Below, piece after piece: positions 25,980 to 35,548 of a DNA stretch of 64,000 nt. The stretch comes from an uncultured Thermoleophilia bacterium (lineage in GTDB: Bacteria; Actinomycetota; Thermoleophilia; Solirubrobacterales; 70-9). The notes under the pieces are model-generated. The model was not told where the DNA came from and did not search any database. It worked only from the letters and a program-made list of their open reading frames with translations. The stretch covers positions 151,531-215,530 of the forward strand of contig CAVWOU010000001.1 in the NCBI GenBank assembly GCA_963756745.1. Direction: 5' to 3'. Every line of letters begins with the position of its first letter. Position 1 is the stretch's first letter. The position numbers were made by a program, and so were the translations under genes.

Positions 25980-27869
25980 TCACGGCGGCAGGCGGCGCCG
26001 ATAGACGAAGAAGCCTGCGGCGAGGGCGACGGCGAGCAGGCCGAGAGCGCCGAGCGCGAGCTGGGTGTCGGTCGGAAAGTCGCCGTCCTCAGACGATGTG
26101 GGCTGGCCGACGGGAACGATGGCCTCGGCGGGGTGGCCGGATGCGGACTCGTCCTTGCCGCCGGACTGCGGGCCACCGCTTCCGTCCCGCTGATTGGCCT
26201 CGGCACCTTTTGCGGTGCGCTCACCGCCCTCGCCATTTCGGGCCGCCCCGTCACCGCCACCATCGCCGCCGCCTCCGGCACCGCTCGCGCCGCCCGAACC
26301 GGGCGCGCGCGGGACGGCCGCAAGCGGGAACGTCTCGCGGCTCGCGGCGACCAGCACCTGGCCGGTGACCCACACCGGGGTCTGGTCGCTCGACGCCGAG
26401 TAGCTGTAGTGCCCGTCCGACGCCTGCCGGGCGCGGAGATACTCAAACGGATCGTGGCCGGCCTCGGTGACCGAGCCGGGATCGCGTCCCGCGGCGAGCA
26501 GACCCTGGATCGCCCACGCGGTCGACTGCGAATTTGTCGGGCCGCTGTCTGCGAGCGCCCACCCGCCGTCGCGCCCCTGTGCGCGGCTCAGGTAACGCGA
26601 CCCGTCGGCAGCCGCCTGTCCCCCGCGCCCCGCCGCGGCGAGCGCCTGGAGCGCCGCGCCTGTGCTGTCGGACTCGCTCGGCTGGTCGGGCTGGTAACCC
26701 CACCCTCCGTCCCCGTTCTGCCCCCTGCGAAGCCACGCCGCCGAGCGCGACAGCGCGAAGCCATCTGCTCCCGCGGCTCGCAGGGCGAAGATCCCAAACG
26801 CGGTCAGGTTGACCTGCCCCTGGAAAGAGCCGTTGCCCATACGCCGCGCGCGCAGCGCGGAGACGAGGTCGCGGCCGCCGAACTCGCGCGGGCTCACGCC
26901 GGCGCCTGCGAGCGCGAGGATCGTGCGCTCGAGATCGCCGGTCGAGCGGACCTTCTCGGCGTTGGCGCGCAGGTAGGCGACGGGGTTCTCGCCGCCCGCG
27001 TCGAGGTCGAGCGGGTTGAGGCCCGCCGCCTCGAGGCCGAGCATCGCCCACCCCGTCATCGCGGAGCTCGACGATCCGCCAGGCGCGGTCCCGAACCCGC
27101 CGTCGTCGTTGCGCGCGTCCTGGAGCCAGCTCCGCGCCTTCCCCGCGGCCGCGGCCTTCGCCTGCGCCGCGGCCGAAGCATCCGCGGCTCCGGCCGGCGC
27201 GGCGAGGATCAGGACGGCGCCGCCCGCCGACAGTACGACCAGCGACGCCGTCGCGACGCGCTCGCGCCACCTGAACTCGCACCGCTCGCGGAAGCGCGCG
27301 AGCATCCGGACAAGCGCCGGGCCGGCGACGAGCGCGAGCACGATGTTCCCCGCCGCATGAGCGACGTTGAACGGGATGCCGCGAGCCGAGAGCGCCAGGT
27401 AGCGGTCGAGCGACTGCTCGCCGCCGTACGTGACCATGACCGAGAGGTCGAGCAGCGCGCCGTAGCCGAGCCCGGCGATTCCGCAGGCGAGCGCCAGGCC
27501 GATCCTCCCGAGGCGGCGGCCCGTTGCGGCGGCAAGCACGGCGCCGCCGATCCCGACCACCCCCCACCCCGCCATCTGCCACGGCGTCCACGGACCCTGC
27601 CCGAGCCAGAAGTTCGAAACCAGCGCCGCGAGCGCTCCCACAACGAAGCCCGGGCCGCCGCCGATCGCGTAACCCGTGAACAGGACGATGTCGGTCGTCG
27701 CGACGACGTTTGGGATCGGCGCGAGGACCAGCCGCCCGGCGACCGCGAGCGCGGCGAGCGCCGCGACCAGGGCGATGATCCGCGACGACGGGCGCGAGCG
27801 CTCGTACCACGCGAACCCCGACGCGATCACGAGCACGAGGATCGCGAGACTGGCCGCCTGCCAACTCAT
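25980..27869 (-). CDS. ECF S-component-like membrane domain fused to an extracytoplasmic prenyltransferase/terpene-cyclase-like alpha/alpha-toroid domain, Gly/Ser-rich linker and C-terminal TM anchor
   Basis: About 7 predicted TM helices in residues 1-230. Then repeats such as DDGGFG, GNGSFQG, GDGGWGYQ, RDGGWAL, SDGHYSY. The end reads LALGALGLLAVALAAGFFVYRRR. ATGA overlap with the ecfA stop. Confidence 0.75.
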   Translation of the reverse strand: MSWQAASLAILVLVIASGFAWYERSRPSSRIIALVAALAALAVAGRLVLAPIPNVVATTDIVLFTGYAIGGGPGFVVGALAALVSNFWLGQGPWTPWQMAGWGVVGIGGAVLAAATGRRLGRIGLALACGIAGLGYGALLDLSVMVTYGGEQSLDRYLALSARGIPFNVAHAAGNIVLALVAGPALVRMLARFRERCEFRWRERVATASLVVLSAGGAVLILAAPAGAADASAAAQAKAAAAGKARSWLQDARNDDGGFGTAPGGSSSSAMTGWAMLGLEAAGLNPLDLDAGGENPVAYLRANAEKVRSTGDLERTILALAGAGVSPREFGGRDLVSALRARRMGNGSFQGQVNLTAFGIFALRAAGADGFALSRSAAWLRRGQNGDGGWGYQPDQPSESDSTGAALQALAAAGRGGQAAADGSRYLSRAQGRDGGWALADSGPTNSQSTAWAIQGLLAAGRDPGSVTEAGHDPFEYLRARQASDGHYSYSASSDQTPVWVTGQVLVAASRETFPLAAVPRAPGSGGASGAGGGGDGGGDGAARNGEGGERTAKGAEANQRDGSGGPQSGGKDESASGHPAEAIVPVGQPTSSEDGDFPTDTQLALGALGLLAVALAAGFFVYRRRLPP

Positions 27870-29533
27870 GCGCCCTCCGCCAATGGGCGTTCCGTCGGGC
27901 GCAGCAGCGCCGCGCCCTGCTCCGGCGTGATCGCGCCGTCGACGTCGAGGATCCGTGCGACCTCGGTCGCGAAGTACCACCCGCCCGACAGCACCTCGGC
28001 GATCAGCCCGTCGGCGATCAACTCGCCCTCGCCGAGCAGCACGGCGCGCTCGGCGAACCCGGCCGCGAACTCGACGTCGTGGGTCGCGACGACGATCGCC
28101 GTCCCCGACGCCGCGAGCTCGCCGATGCGCTCCGAGAGCTCCTGCTTGCGCGCGCGATCCATTCCGCGGGTCGGCTCGTCGAGGCAAACGAGCCCCGGTG
28201 GCCCCTCGTCCGCGCCCCGTCCCGCCATCACGATCGCGAGCGCGAGGCGCTGGCGCTCGCCGCCGGAGAGGTCGCGTGGGTCGGCGTCGCTCGCCCACGC
28301 GAGGCCGACCGCGTCGAGGGCGCGCGCGCCCGCTTCGGCGGGCAGCTCCTCGACGACACGCTCGTGGACGAGGAAGTCGTCCGGGCTCTGCGACAGCAGC
28401 GCGCACCCACGGGGCGCGGCGACCCGGCCGCGAACCGGCTCGACGATCCCGGCCGCGGCGCGAAGGAGGGTGCTCTTCCCGGCGCCGTTCCGCCCCATCA
28501 GCGCCACCCGCTCGCTCGCGCCGATGGCGAGATCGATTCCCCGAAGCACGTCGCGCGAATCGAGCTCAACCCAAAGATCTCTCACCTCAAGAGCGGGCGG
28601 CGCCGGGGTCACGCGATCCGGCGGCTTCAGACGGGGCGCCGAAGGCGCCACGTCTGGTGCGACGAAGTCGCCGCCCGGGCGCGTGACTGCCGGCGCCGCC
28701 CGCCGCGCAAGCGCCTCGCGAGCCTCGCGGACCCCGACCGGCACCGGGCGCAGGCCGGCGAGGTCGAACAGGCGCGCCCCTGGGGTCGCAAGCGCCTGGT
28801 CGCTGCCGAGCGCCCACTCCAGGAAGCGGCCGGGTGCGCCGTCGAAAGCGATCGCGCCGTCGCGCATCGCGACCGCCCGGTCGGCGGCGCCGAGGCAGCG
28901 CTCGAGTCGGTGCTCGCACACGATGACGGCCATGCCCCACTGCTCGTTGAGGCGGCGCAGCAGCCAAACGAGCTCGTCGCCGGCGACGGGATCGAGCTGC
29001 GAGGTCGGCTCGTCGAGCAGGACCAGAGGCGGCCGCGCGACGAGCGCCGCAGCGAGCGCGACCCGCTGGAGCTCGCCGCCCGAGAGCGTGTCGGTGGTGC
29101 GCTCGAGGAGGTCGGGGATCGCGAGCGCCAGCGCGACCTCCTCGACGGCGCGCGCGCGCCGCGCGGCCGTCTCGCCGCGTAGCTCGAGCGGAAGCCCGAT
29201 CTCGGCGCGCACCGTGGTCGAGACGATCTGCGTCTCGGGGTCCTGCGCCACGAACCCGACGACGCCGGCGAGCTCGGCGGGCCCGCGCTCGCGGACGTCG
29301 AGTCCCGCCACCTCCACACCACCGGACACCTCGCCTCCGTGGAAGTGCGGGACGAGCCCGCACGCGGCGCGCAGGAGCGTCGACTTGCCCGATCCCGAGC
29401 GCCCGGCGAGCACGACGAACTCCCCCGCGTCGACCGCGAGCTTCACGCCGCCGAGCGCGTCGCGGTCGGCGTTCGGATAGCGATAGCTCAGATCCTCGAT
29501 CTCCAGCACGCGGCTGTCGACGCGGTCAGACAT
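27866..29533 (-). CDS. ecfA: ECF transporter ATPase, fused tandem EcfA1-EcfA2
   Basis: Two ABC cassettes. Walker A GRSGSGKST and GRNGAGKST; signatures LSGGELQRV and LSGGERQRL. Confidence 0.9.
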   Translation of the reverse strand: MSDRVDSRVLEIEDLSYRYPNADRDALGGVKLAVDAGEFVVLAGRSGSGKSTLLRAACGLVPHFHGGEVSGGVEVAGLDVRERGPAELAGVVGFVAQDPETQIVSTTVRAEIGLPLELRGETAARRARAVEEVALALAIPDLLERTTDTLSGGELQRVALAAALVARPPLVLLDEPTSQLDPVAGDELVWLLRRLNEQWGMAVIVCEHRLERCLGAADRAVAMRDGAIAFDGAPGRFLEWALGSDQALATPGARLFDLAGLRPVPVGVREAREALARRAAPAVTRPGGDFVAPDVAPSAPRLKPPDRVTPAPPALEVRDLWVELDSRDVLRGIDLAIGASERVALMGRNGAGKSTLLRAAAGIVEPVRGRVAAPRGCALLSQSPDDFLVHERVVEELPAEAGARALDAVGLAWASDADPRDLSGGERQRLALAIVMAGRGADEGPPGLVCLDEPTRGMDRARKQELSERIGELAASGTAIVVATHDVEFAAGFAERAVLLGEGELIADGLIAEVLSGGWYFATEVARILDVDGAITPEQGAALLRPTERPLAEGA

Positions 29534-30392
29534 CCGCGAACGGGAAGACCGCGATCAGCGGCAGGGCGGCGGCGACTGCCATCGTCGCTGCGTCAACATC
29601 CAGTGTCACTTCCGGATACGGGTCGAACCCGCCGGCGCCGGCAAGCAGCCCGGCGACGCCGCAGGCGCCGATTGCGACGCCCGCAGCGACGAACTTCCAG
29701 TCGTGGCGCGAGCGCCTCGAGCGTTCCGCCGGTGCGCGCACGCCGAGCGCGTAGCCGCGGAGCTCGAGCGTCGCGGCGACGTCCATCGCGCGATCGAGCG
29801 AGCCGGCCACGAGCCTGCGGGCGAGGGCCGCCCTGCCGGCCGGCGCGGCGCCGGGCCCCCGCAGGGCGGCTGCTTGGCGCAGCCGACCGAGGTCGCCCGC
29901 CGCGACCGGCACGAGGCGCGAGACGAGCGTGGCGGTGAGCGCGGAGCGCCGCGCGAGCGGTCGGACGACGCGCAGGACGCGGTCGGGATCGACGCACGCC
30001 GACCACACCGCGAACGCCATCGTCACGACGAGGATCCGCTCGGCGAGCACGGCGCCGGCGGCCAGCGATTCGAGCGTTACGTCCATCGGCCCGAGCGCCG
30101 GGACGTCGTACCCGCGCACGAGCACCGTGTCTCCCCGGTCGGTAACGAGGGCGTTGACGACGACGATCGTCGCGCCGAGCCAGACCCCCCATCGAACCGA
30201 TATGGCCAGCGCCGCGCGCGCGCCGGCCGCGAGCCCCGCTGCGGCGACCGCCACGCCGGCCCCCCCGAGCACGATCGGGTTCGAGTAAGCGAAGGCCACG
30301 AGCACGAGCGATCCGAGGTACAACGCGGCCGCTGAGACCGAGGCGCCCTGGAGCCGGCCGCGGCGGGGCGTGTAGGCGAGCGTCGTGCGCAT
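29526..30392 (-). CDS. ecfT: ECF transporter transmembrane (T) component, CbiQ/EcfT family
   Basis: 288-aa polytopic protein with Arg-rich coupling segment (ATLVSRLVPVAAGDLGRLRQAAALRG). 8-nt overlap with the ecfA start. Confidence 0.85.
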   Translation of the reverse strand: MRTTLAYTPRRGRLQGASVSAAALYLGSLVLVAFAYSNPIVLGGAGVAVAAAGLAAGARAALAISVRWGVWLGATIVVVNALVTDRGDTVLVRGYDVPALGPMDVTLESLAAGAVLAERILVVTMAFAVWSACVDPDRVLRVVRPLARRSALTATLVSRLVPVAAGDLGRLRQAAALRGPGAAPAGRAALARRLVAGSLDRAMDVAATLELRGYALGVRAPAERSRRSRHDWKFVAAGVAIGACGVAGLLAGAGGFDPYPEVTLDVDAATMAVAAALPLIAVFPFADV

Positions 30393-30399
30393 CGCGGCC

Positions 30400-31359
30400 T
30401 CAGCCCCGGCCCCCCTCGCCGGTCACCGGGAGCGCGAACTCGTCACGCTCGTCGACGCCGACCGCGTAGTGGTCGCGCAGGGAGTCGGCGTCGAGCAGCT
30501 CGGTCGCGGCGTCGACGCCCGCCTCGTCGGTGCCGGTCACGACCCAGGTCGGCTGCTCCTCGCCGAGCCGCACCGCGGCGACGAGCCCCTCGCTTTCGCC
30601 GTGCCCGCTCCGAAACGCGTCCCGGTCGGCCGGGTCGAGGGGCACCAGGTCGTAGCCTCCGGCGGGCGCGGGCTCGAAGTCCGCGTACACCCCGCTCTGC
30701 GCCGGGCCGTCCTCGATCTGTACGGCTGCTTGGTCCTGGCGCACGGCCTCCCACGGGCCCACCACGACCCGCAACAGCTCCTCGCCGAGCTTCGCGCGCT
30801 CGGTCGAGATGCTCGCCGGGACCCCTTCCTCCTCGAGCCGGTCGGCGACCGCCGAGCAATCGTCATCCTCGCCGAGGCAGTCAATCCTGACCGGGAACGC
30901 CTTCCCCTCCGACCCGTGGACGAAAGGCTCTGGCCACGACCCGACCACCGCCGGGGCGCGCATCGCCTCGCTCCAGTCGCGGTAGTCCCACCACACCCGA
31001 TCGCCCCCGTACACGCGCGTCTCGGCGGCGCCGACCGACGACTCAATGCCGTTGACGAAGAAGAACCAGTCGAAGCGGCGATCGCCGCGCTCGGCGCTCT
31101 CGAGCCCGTCGATCGACTGCACGAAGCCTCCCCCGTAGCGCGTGGTGATCTCGGCCTCGCTGTCCAGGAACCGCATCACAGTCTCCGACTCAGGCGGGTC
31201 GGTGAGAGTCGCGTCGACCAGCCGCTGGGATCCAAAGTCGCGCGTGACCGCAAGAGTCGCCTCCCCGTCCGAGGAATCTCCCGGCCCGAAGCCGCAGCCC
31301 GCTACAGCGGCGGCGGAGAGGACTGCCGCCGCCGCCACGAGACCACGGCCTCCATTCAC
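30400..31359 (-). CDS. Lipoprotein with N-terminal DUF4430 (transcobalamin beta-domain-like) domain
   Basis: Lipobox AAAVAGC. GGGFVQSIDGL...DWFFFVNGIESSVGAAETRVYGGDRVWWDY. Start GTG 31359 (AAGGAG RBS, GTGA overlap with the upstream stop). Confidence 0.8.
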   Translation of the reverse strand: MNGGRGLVAAAAVLSAAAVAGCGFGPGDSSDGEATLAVTRDFGSQRLVDATLTDPPESETVMRFLDSEAEITTRYGGGFVQSIDGLESAERGDRRFDWFFFVNGIESSVGAAETRVYGGDRVWWDYRDWSEAMRAPAVVGSWPEPFVHGSEGKAFPVRIDCLGEDDDCSAVADRLEEEGVPASISTERAKLGEELLRVVVGPWEAVRQDQAAVQIEDGPAQSGVYADFEPAPAGGYDLVPLDPADRDAFRSGHGESEGLVAAVRLGEEQPTWVVTGTDEAGVDAATELLDADSLRDHYAVGVDERDEFALPVTGEGGRG

Positions 31360-32360
31360 TTCTCCTTGACCCTCTCGCACGCACGCACGGTGTCGTCCGG
31401 GTCGACCACCGCGAGGTCGCGCTTGCCGGTACCGCAGTTGATCCGGTCGGGGAACCCACCGCGTGCTTTCACGCGGTCGTTGCGCGCCTTCGCCTTGATC
31501 CTGTCGGCGACCTCGGTGCCCTTGATCTTGTCGGGCCTACGGGTGCCGGCGATCTCCTGCTGCGGCGCGCAATCGCTCGCCGACCCGGCGACGCAGATCG
31601 AGACCTCATTCGAGGGGATGTCGGCACCGCGCGTCGCCTGCAGGGTCGCCTTGCCGGTCCCGAGCGCGACGGTCGCCCGGCCCTGCGCGTCGGTGGTCGC
31701 CGGCGAGCTGCCTCCGCTCACTGTCGCGCCGGCCGCGGGCGTCTGGGTGCCGTCATCTGCGTACTCGATAGCCCGCACCTCTACCTGGCTCCCGTGGTCG
31801 GCCAGCGGCGGCGCCTCGAGCCCGAGCTCGGGCGGATACGGGAACGTCGGCGCGAGGTACCACAGGATGTTGTCGCCCTTCGCGACCACGAGCTGGTCGC
31901 CCCCGACCTGGGCGCCGGCATGGTTCTGCTTCAGGTACCAGGACTCGGAGCCCTGGGCCTGGAAGCCGCCGATCCCGCAGACGCCGAGCCCGAAGTCGAA
32001 CGCGTCGGTGACCGACAGCGGCCGCAGCTCACGCGCGGTCGCGGAGCCATCCTGGACGAGCCCCAGCGCGGTCGGCCCGGCGATCGTGACCGGATTGCCG
32101 CTGCCGCCAGTGCCGGGGCCGAAGCACAAGGCGTTCGGATCGGTCGGTACCTGCTCGCTTCCGGTGTACTGGACGAGCTCGGCGAGCGTCTCGCCCGACG
32201 GGCCGACGACCCGGAGGTCGGCGCCGAGCGTCTTCACCTTGGCGCCGGCGATCGGGGGAACGGCGAGAAGCGCTGCGACTGCGCACGCGACGATCAGCCC
32301 GCGCGGCCTACGTAGGGACCCTATTGGCATCGAAGCCACCCTTTCCTCGAGGGTTTGCAT
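31356..32360 (-). CDS. Secreted protein: DUF4430-like domain, Ig-like domain and RTX-like Cys-containing tail
   Basis: Signal peptide LIVACAVAALLAVPPIAGA. SWYLKQNHAGAQVGGDQLVVAKGDNILWYLAP. Tail DKIKGTEVADRIKAKARNDRVKARGGFPDRINCGTGKRDLAVVD. Confidence 0.65.
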   Translation of the reverse strand: MQTLEERVASMPIGSLRRPRGLIVACAVAALLAVPPIAGAKVKTLGADLRVVGPSGETLAELVQYTGSEQVPTDPNALCFGPGTGGSGNPVTIAGPTALGLVQDGSATARELRPLSVTDAFDFGLGVCGIGGFQAQGSESWYLKQNHAGAQVGGDQLVVAKGDNILWYLAPTFPYPPELGLEAPPLADHGSQVEVRAIEYADDGTQTPAAGATVSGGSSPATTDAQGRATVALGTGKATLQATRGADIPSNEVSICVAGSASDCAPQQEIAGTRRPDKIKGTEVADRIKAKARNDRVKARGGFPDRINCGTGKRDLAVVDPDDTVRACERVKEK

Positions 32361-32364
32361 GGCT

Positions 32365-32540
32365 CGGCCGGAGCAGGTCTCCTGGCTTCCGGGATGAGCG
32401 CCGCGCCTTCCCAGGGCGACTGGTGGCCGCCCAAGTGGCTGACAGCGCGTCGTGCGACGCTCCCTTACCCGGTCACAGTGGCGGGACCGCGCCGGTCTTG
32501 CACCGGACTTCCCTGGGCCACCGGCCGTATGTGGCCGGGG
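32365..32540 (-). promoter_or_regulatory. Cobalamin (B12) riboswitch
   Basis: Minus strand GGUGGCCCAGGGAAGUCCGGUGCAAGACCGGCGCGGUCCCGCCACUGUGACC (core, revcomp of about 32471-32521). B12 box AGCCAGGAGACCUGC (revcomp of 32373-32387), 13 nt before the ATG at 32360. TATAGA -10-like hexamer at about 32541-32548. Confidence 0.9.
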
Positions 32541-32566
32541 AGTCTATATCCCCTACGGAGTGAGGC

Positions 32567-32953
32567 TCAGCCCTTGTGGGCTTCGACCTGCTTGCGAAGC
32601 GCCTCGACCGTCTCCGGCGCGTCGCGCCTCATGGTGCCGAGCTCCCAGCTCGCGATCTTGATCACACGCAGCGGGGATGTCGCGATCACGCTCGCCGAGC
32701 GCTGCTCTCCCTCGAGCAGTGCCTGCTCGCCGAAGATGTCGCCGGGCCCGAGATCCGCGAGGTGCTGGCCGTCGCGCTCGACCTTCGCGGTGCCCTCCTC
32801 GATCGCGTAGAAGTCGTTCGCGTAGCCTCCCTCCTTGACGACTGCCGCCCCTTCGGGGTGGGACTCGAGCTGGGCGAAGGTCGCGACCTTCTTCAGCGCG
32901 TCGTCCGGCACGTCGTGGAACAGGGGAATGCCCTTGAGCTGGCTGACGTCCAC
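32567..32953 (-). CDS. Stand-alone cyclic-nucleotide-binding domain protein
   Basis: 128 aa. IPLFHDVPDDAL...GDIFGEQALLEGEQRSASV is the cNMP-binding phosphate-binding-cassette pattern. Confidence 0.85.
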   Translation of the reverse strand: MDVSQLKGIPLFHDVPDDALKKVATFAQLESHPEGAAVVKEGGYANDFYAIEEGTAKVERDGQHLADLGPGDIFGEQALLEGEQRSASVIATSPLRVIKIASWELGTMRRDAPETVEALRKQVEAHKG

Positions 32954-33053
32954 GCCCAGAACCTAACCGAAATCCAGGCCCTTTGGGATCACCAGCAACC
33001 CCGCGACGGCAGACGCGAGGGCGAGCGGAAGCAGAGCACGTCGCGGGAATGAT

Positions 33054-34343
33054 TCAGGGCGGGTAGACCCAGGTGGTGAACAGGGCGCTCGACAGCACGA
33101 GGAGCGAGCCGCTGATCACGAGCACTTGACGCAGACGCCCCTTCTCCTGCGACCACAGCGCGAGCGCGATCCACAGCGGGAACAGCACGAGCATGAAGCG
33201 GGGCAGGGACTTGAGCGGCTCGTTCAGGGCCGGAGCCGAAAGCGGCAGCAGCAGGGCGCTCAACGCCCACGCCGTGTACGCGGCGGGAAGCCGCTTCACG
33301 CTTTCGCACAGCGCCCAGACCGCGAGCGCGAAGAACCCGAACAGAATCAGGTTGCGGACCGCGACCAGCTCCGGAATCTCGCTGGGTCTTAGCTGCAGGA
33401 TGCTGATCCCGGGGAGCAGCTCGACCACTGCGGTGAGCGCACCCCACAGTCCGAGGACGGCACCGCCGATGAACGGAATCATGATCCGGCTCCACTCGCC
33501 CTGGGCCGCGAAGGCGTGCATCGGGTCGCCCGTGACGACCGAGAGGTAGCCCAGGTAGGCGAGCATCCCGGCGGGCACGGCGGCGATCCACAGGACGTCC
33601 GAAGCGAGATGGTGGCGCGGGCGCCACCCCGACGCGAGCCCGTGACGCGGCCGGTCTGCCCGGGGCCCGTACAGGTACATGATCAGGAGCGGGATCACGA
33701 GCAACACACCGGCGCTGCGGGTGGCCGCGGCGAGCCCGCCGACGACTCCGGCGAGCGGCCAGCGCCCGATTCGCGCCGCGTAGATCGATCCCACCGACGT
33801 CAGCATGAAGAGCGCCTCCGAGTACACGGCGGACAGCACCACCGCACTCGGGAACCAGGCGACAATGAGGACCACCGCGCGCGCCGTCTCGGTCCCGAAG
33901 TCGATCGCGACCAGCCGGTGGAGCAGGTACAGCCCGCCGATCGCGCACGCGAACGAGACGAAAAGCCCGAGCAGCAGCGATGGGCCAAGCGGGCCCACAA
34001 CCGATACCAGCGCCGGGTAGAGGGGGAAGAACGCGGCCCGATCCGTATACCCGTACCCGTACTGCGCGATCTCCAGGTACCACACCGAGTCCCAGCGAGC
34101 GCCCGGGGCGACGAGCGCGTTGGCGAACGTCTCGTCGAACGGGATCGTGAGCCAGTAGGGATCGAGGCGTAACGACGTCTCACCCGCCGCGCCCACGGCG
34201 ACGAGCGCCGCGATCCCCGCGATCCATGCGACCGCGCGCGAAACCCAGAACGCGGACCACACGTGTCGGATGGCGACCCACTGGTCTTCGGCGATCGGGA
34301 GCGCGGCGCGCAGCCGCTCGGCATAGCTGTACGGCTCGCTCAC
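33054..34343 (-). CDS. Polytopic membrane glycosyltransferase (PIG-V / mannosyltransferase-like)
   Basis: DSVWYLEIAQYGY plus about 10 TM helices. Start set to GTG 34343, because ORF 33054..34607 otherwise overlaps the divergent gene. Confidence 0.6.
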   Translation of the reverse strand: MSEPYSYAERLRAALPIAEDQWVAIRHVWSAFWVSRAVAWIAGIAALVAVGAAGETSLRLDPYWLTIPFDETFANALVAPGARWDSVWYLEIAQYGYGYTDRAAFFPLYPALVSVVGPLGPSLLLGLFVSFACAIGGLYLLHRLVAIDFGTETARAVVLIVAWFPSAVVLSAVYSEALFMLTSVGSIYAARIGRWPLAGVVGGLAAATRSAGVLLVIPLLIMYLYGPRADRPRHGLASGWRPRHHLASDVLWIAAVPAGMLAYLGYLSVVTGDPMHAFAAQGEWSRIMIPFIGGAVLGLWGALTAVVELLPGISILQLRPSEIPELVAVRNLILFGFFALAVWALCESVKRLPAAYTAWALSALLLPLSAPALNEPLKSLPRFMLVLFPLWIALALWSQEKGRLRQVLVISGSLLVLSSALFTTWVYPP

Positions 34344-34465
34344 CGGCGAGATTGTCCCAGAAGCGGAACTCGTTGCGTGTGACCGCGGGGCAATCGTCGA
34401 CGGGCGGACGGTCCGTTTCACCGCGAGATAACAGTTCCGCCCTGCGGAGGCGATAGCGTCGGGCG

Positions 34466-35548
34466 ATGCCGCGCAGCGCGACGGAGGAGTCCTCGACTCC
34501 GACGAGCGCCACAGAACGCCCGCCCACCCAGACCACGATCCGGGCGTCGGAGATCGCGGAGGAGGAAGAGCTCCTCGCAAGCTGGGCCGAGAGCCGGCGG
34601 CGATCACGAGAGCGCCGCTACGCCCCCCGTCGCACGAAGCGGCGCATCGAGCCTCGGCGGTGGGCGCTCCGTGCGGGCGTCGCAGCCTTGCTCGTCGGCG
34701 CCGCAGTCATCCCGTTCAGCGACACGACCGATCTCGTAGTACCGAGCGCCGGGCGCGCCAAGGCCAGCGGGTCCGGTCCGCCCGGGACGCATGGGAGACG
34801 TCCGGGACCGCCGCCCGTGACCCCGTCCGCGAGCGGCGTGCGGGAGGCGAAGCAGTTCGTCCACACGCGCGAGGGCCTCGTGTCCTTCGCGGCGATCGAC
34901 TCGCGCGGACGGGCGCGCGGGGTGGCCGAGAACCGCCCCTACGTGTCGGCGAGCGTGGTGAAGGCGCTGCTTCTCGCCGCCGAGCTGCGTCGGCTCGAGA
35001 GCGCCGGCGCCGGGATCGACGAGTTGACCCGGACCACCCTCACGCAGATGATCACGATCAGCGACAACGACGCAGCGGACGCGATCTACGCGCGGGTCGG
35101 CGACGCCGGGCTGTACGCGGTCGCGAACCGCACGGGGATGCGCAGCTTCACGGTGTCCGGTTACTGGGCGAACGCCCAGATCACGGCCGCCGACATGGCG
35201 GCGTTCATGTGGAATCTCGACAAGGCGGTCCCGGCCGGCAAGCGTGACTTCGGGCTCTCGATCCTCGGCGAGATCGTCCCGCAGCAGAGCTGGGGGATCC
35301 CCGAGGCCGCCGGGCCCCACTGGGACATTCGCTTCAAGGGCGGCTGGCGCTCGACGGAGCTCGGGCAGCTCGTCCACCAGGCCGCCGCGCTGCGGCACGA
35401 CGACGGCTCCCGAACCGCGGTCGCGGTGCTAACCGACGCCCAGCCGACCCAGACGTACGGGATCGAGTCGGTGCGCGGCGTGGCCGAGCGCATGCTCGAT
35501 CACGGAGACGCTCATCGCGGCAGCTCGCGCCCCAACCACTCCGAATAG
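34466..35548 (+). CDS. Class A beta-lactamase-related serine hydrolase, membrane anchored
   Basis: TM LRAGVAALLVGAAVI. Motifs SVVK (SxxK), SDN, KGG. The start is uncertain. Confidence 0.7.
   Translation: MPRSATEESSTPTSATERPPTQTTIRASEIAEEEELLASWAESRRRSRERRYAPRRTKRRIEPRRWALRAGVAALLVGAAVIPFSDTTDLVVPSAGRAKASGSGPPGTHGRRPGPPPVTPSASGVREAKQFVHTREGLVSFAAIDSRGRARGVAENRPYVSASVVKALLLAAELRRLESAGAGIDELTRTTLTQMITISDNDAADAIYARVGDAGLYAVANRTGMRSFTVSGYWANAQITAADMAAFMWNLDKAVPAGKRDFGLSILGEIVPQQSWGIPEAAGPHWDIRFKGGWRSTELGQLVHQAAALRHDDGSRTAVAVLTDAQPTQTYGIESVRGVAERMLDHGDAHRGSSRPNHSE

Noticed and set aside
26133-29480. 1115-aa plus-strand ORF, the longest in the window
   Set aside because: It is antisense to the ECF S-component, ATPase and T-component genes, which carry unambiguous motifs. 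Its product is Arg/Ala/Pro/Ser-rich low complexity, as expected for the reverse frame of a 70% GC coding region.
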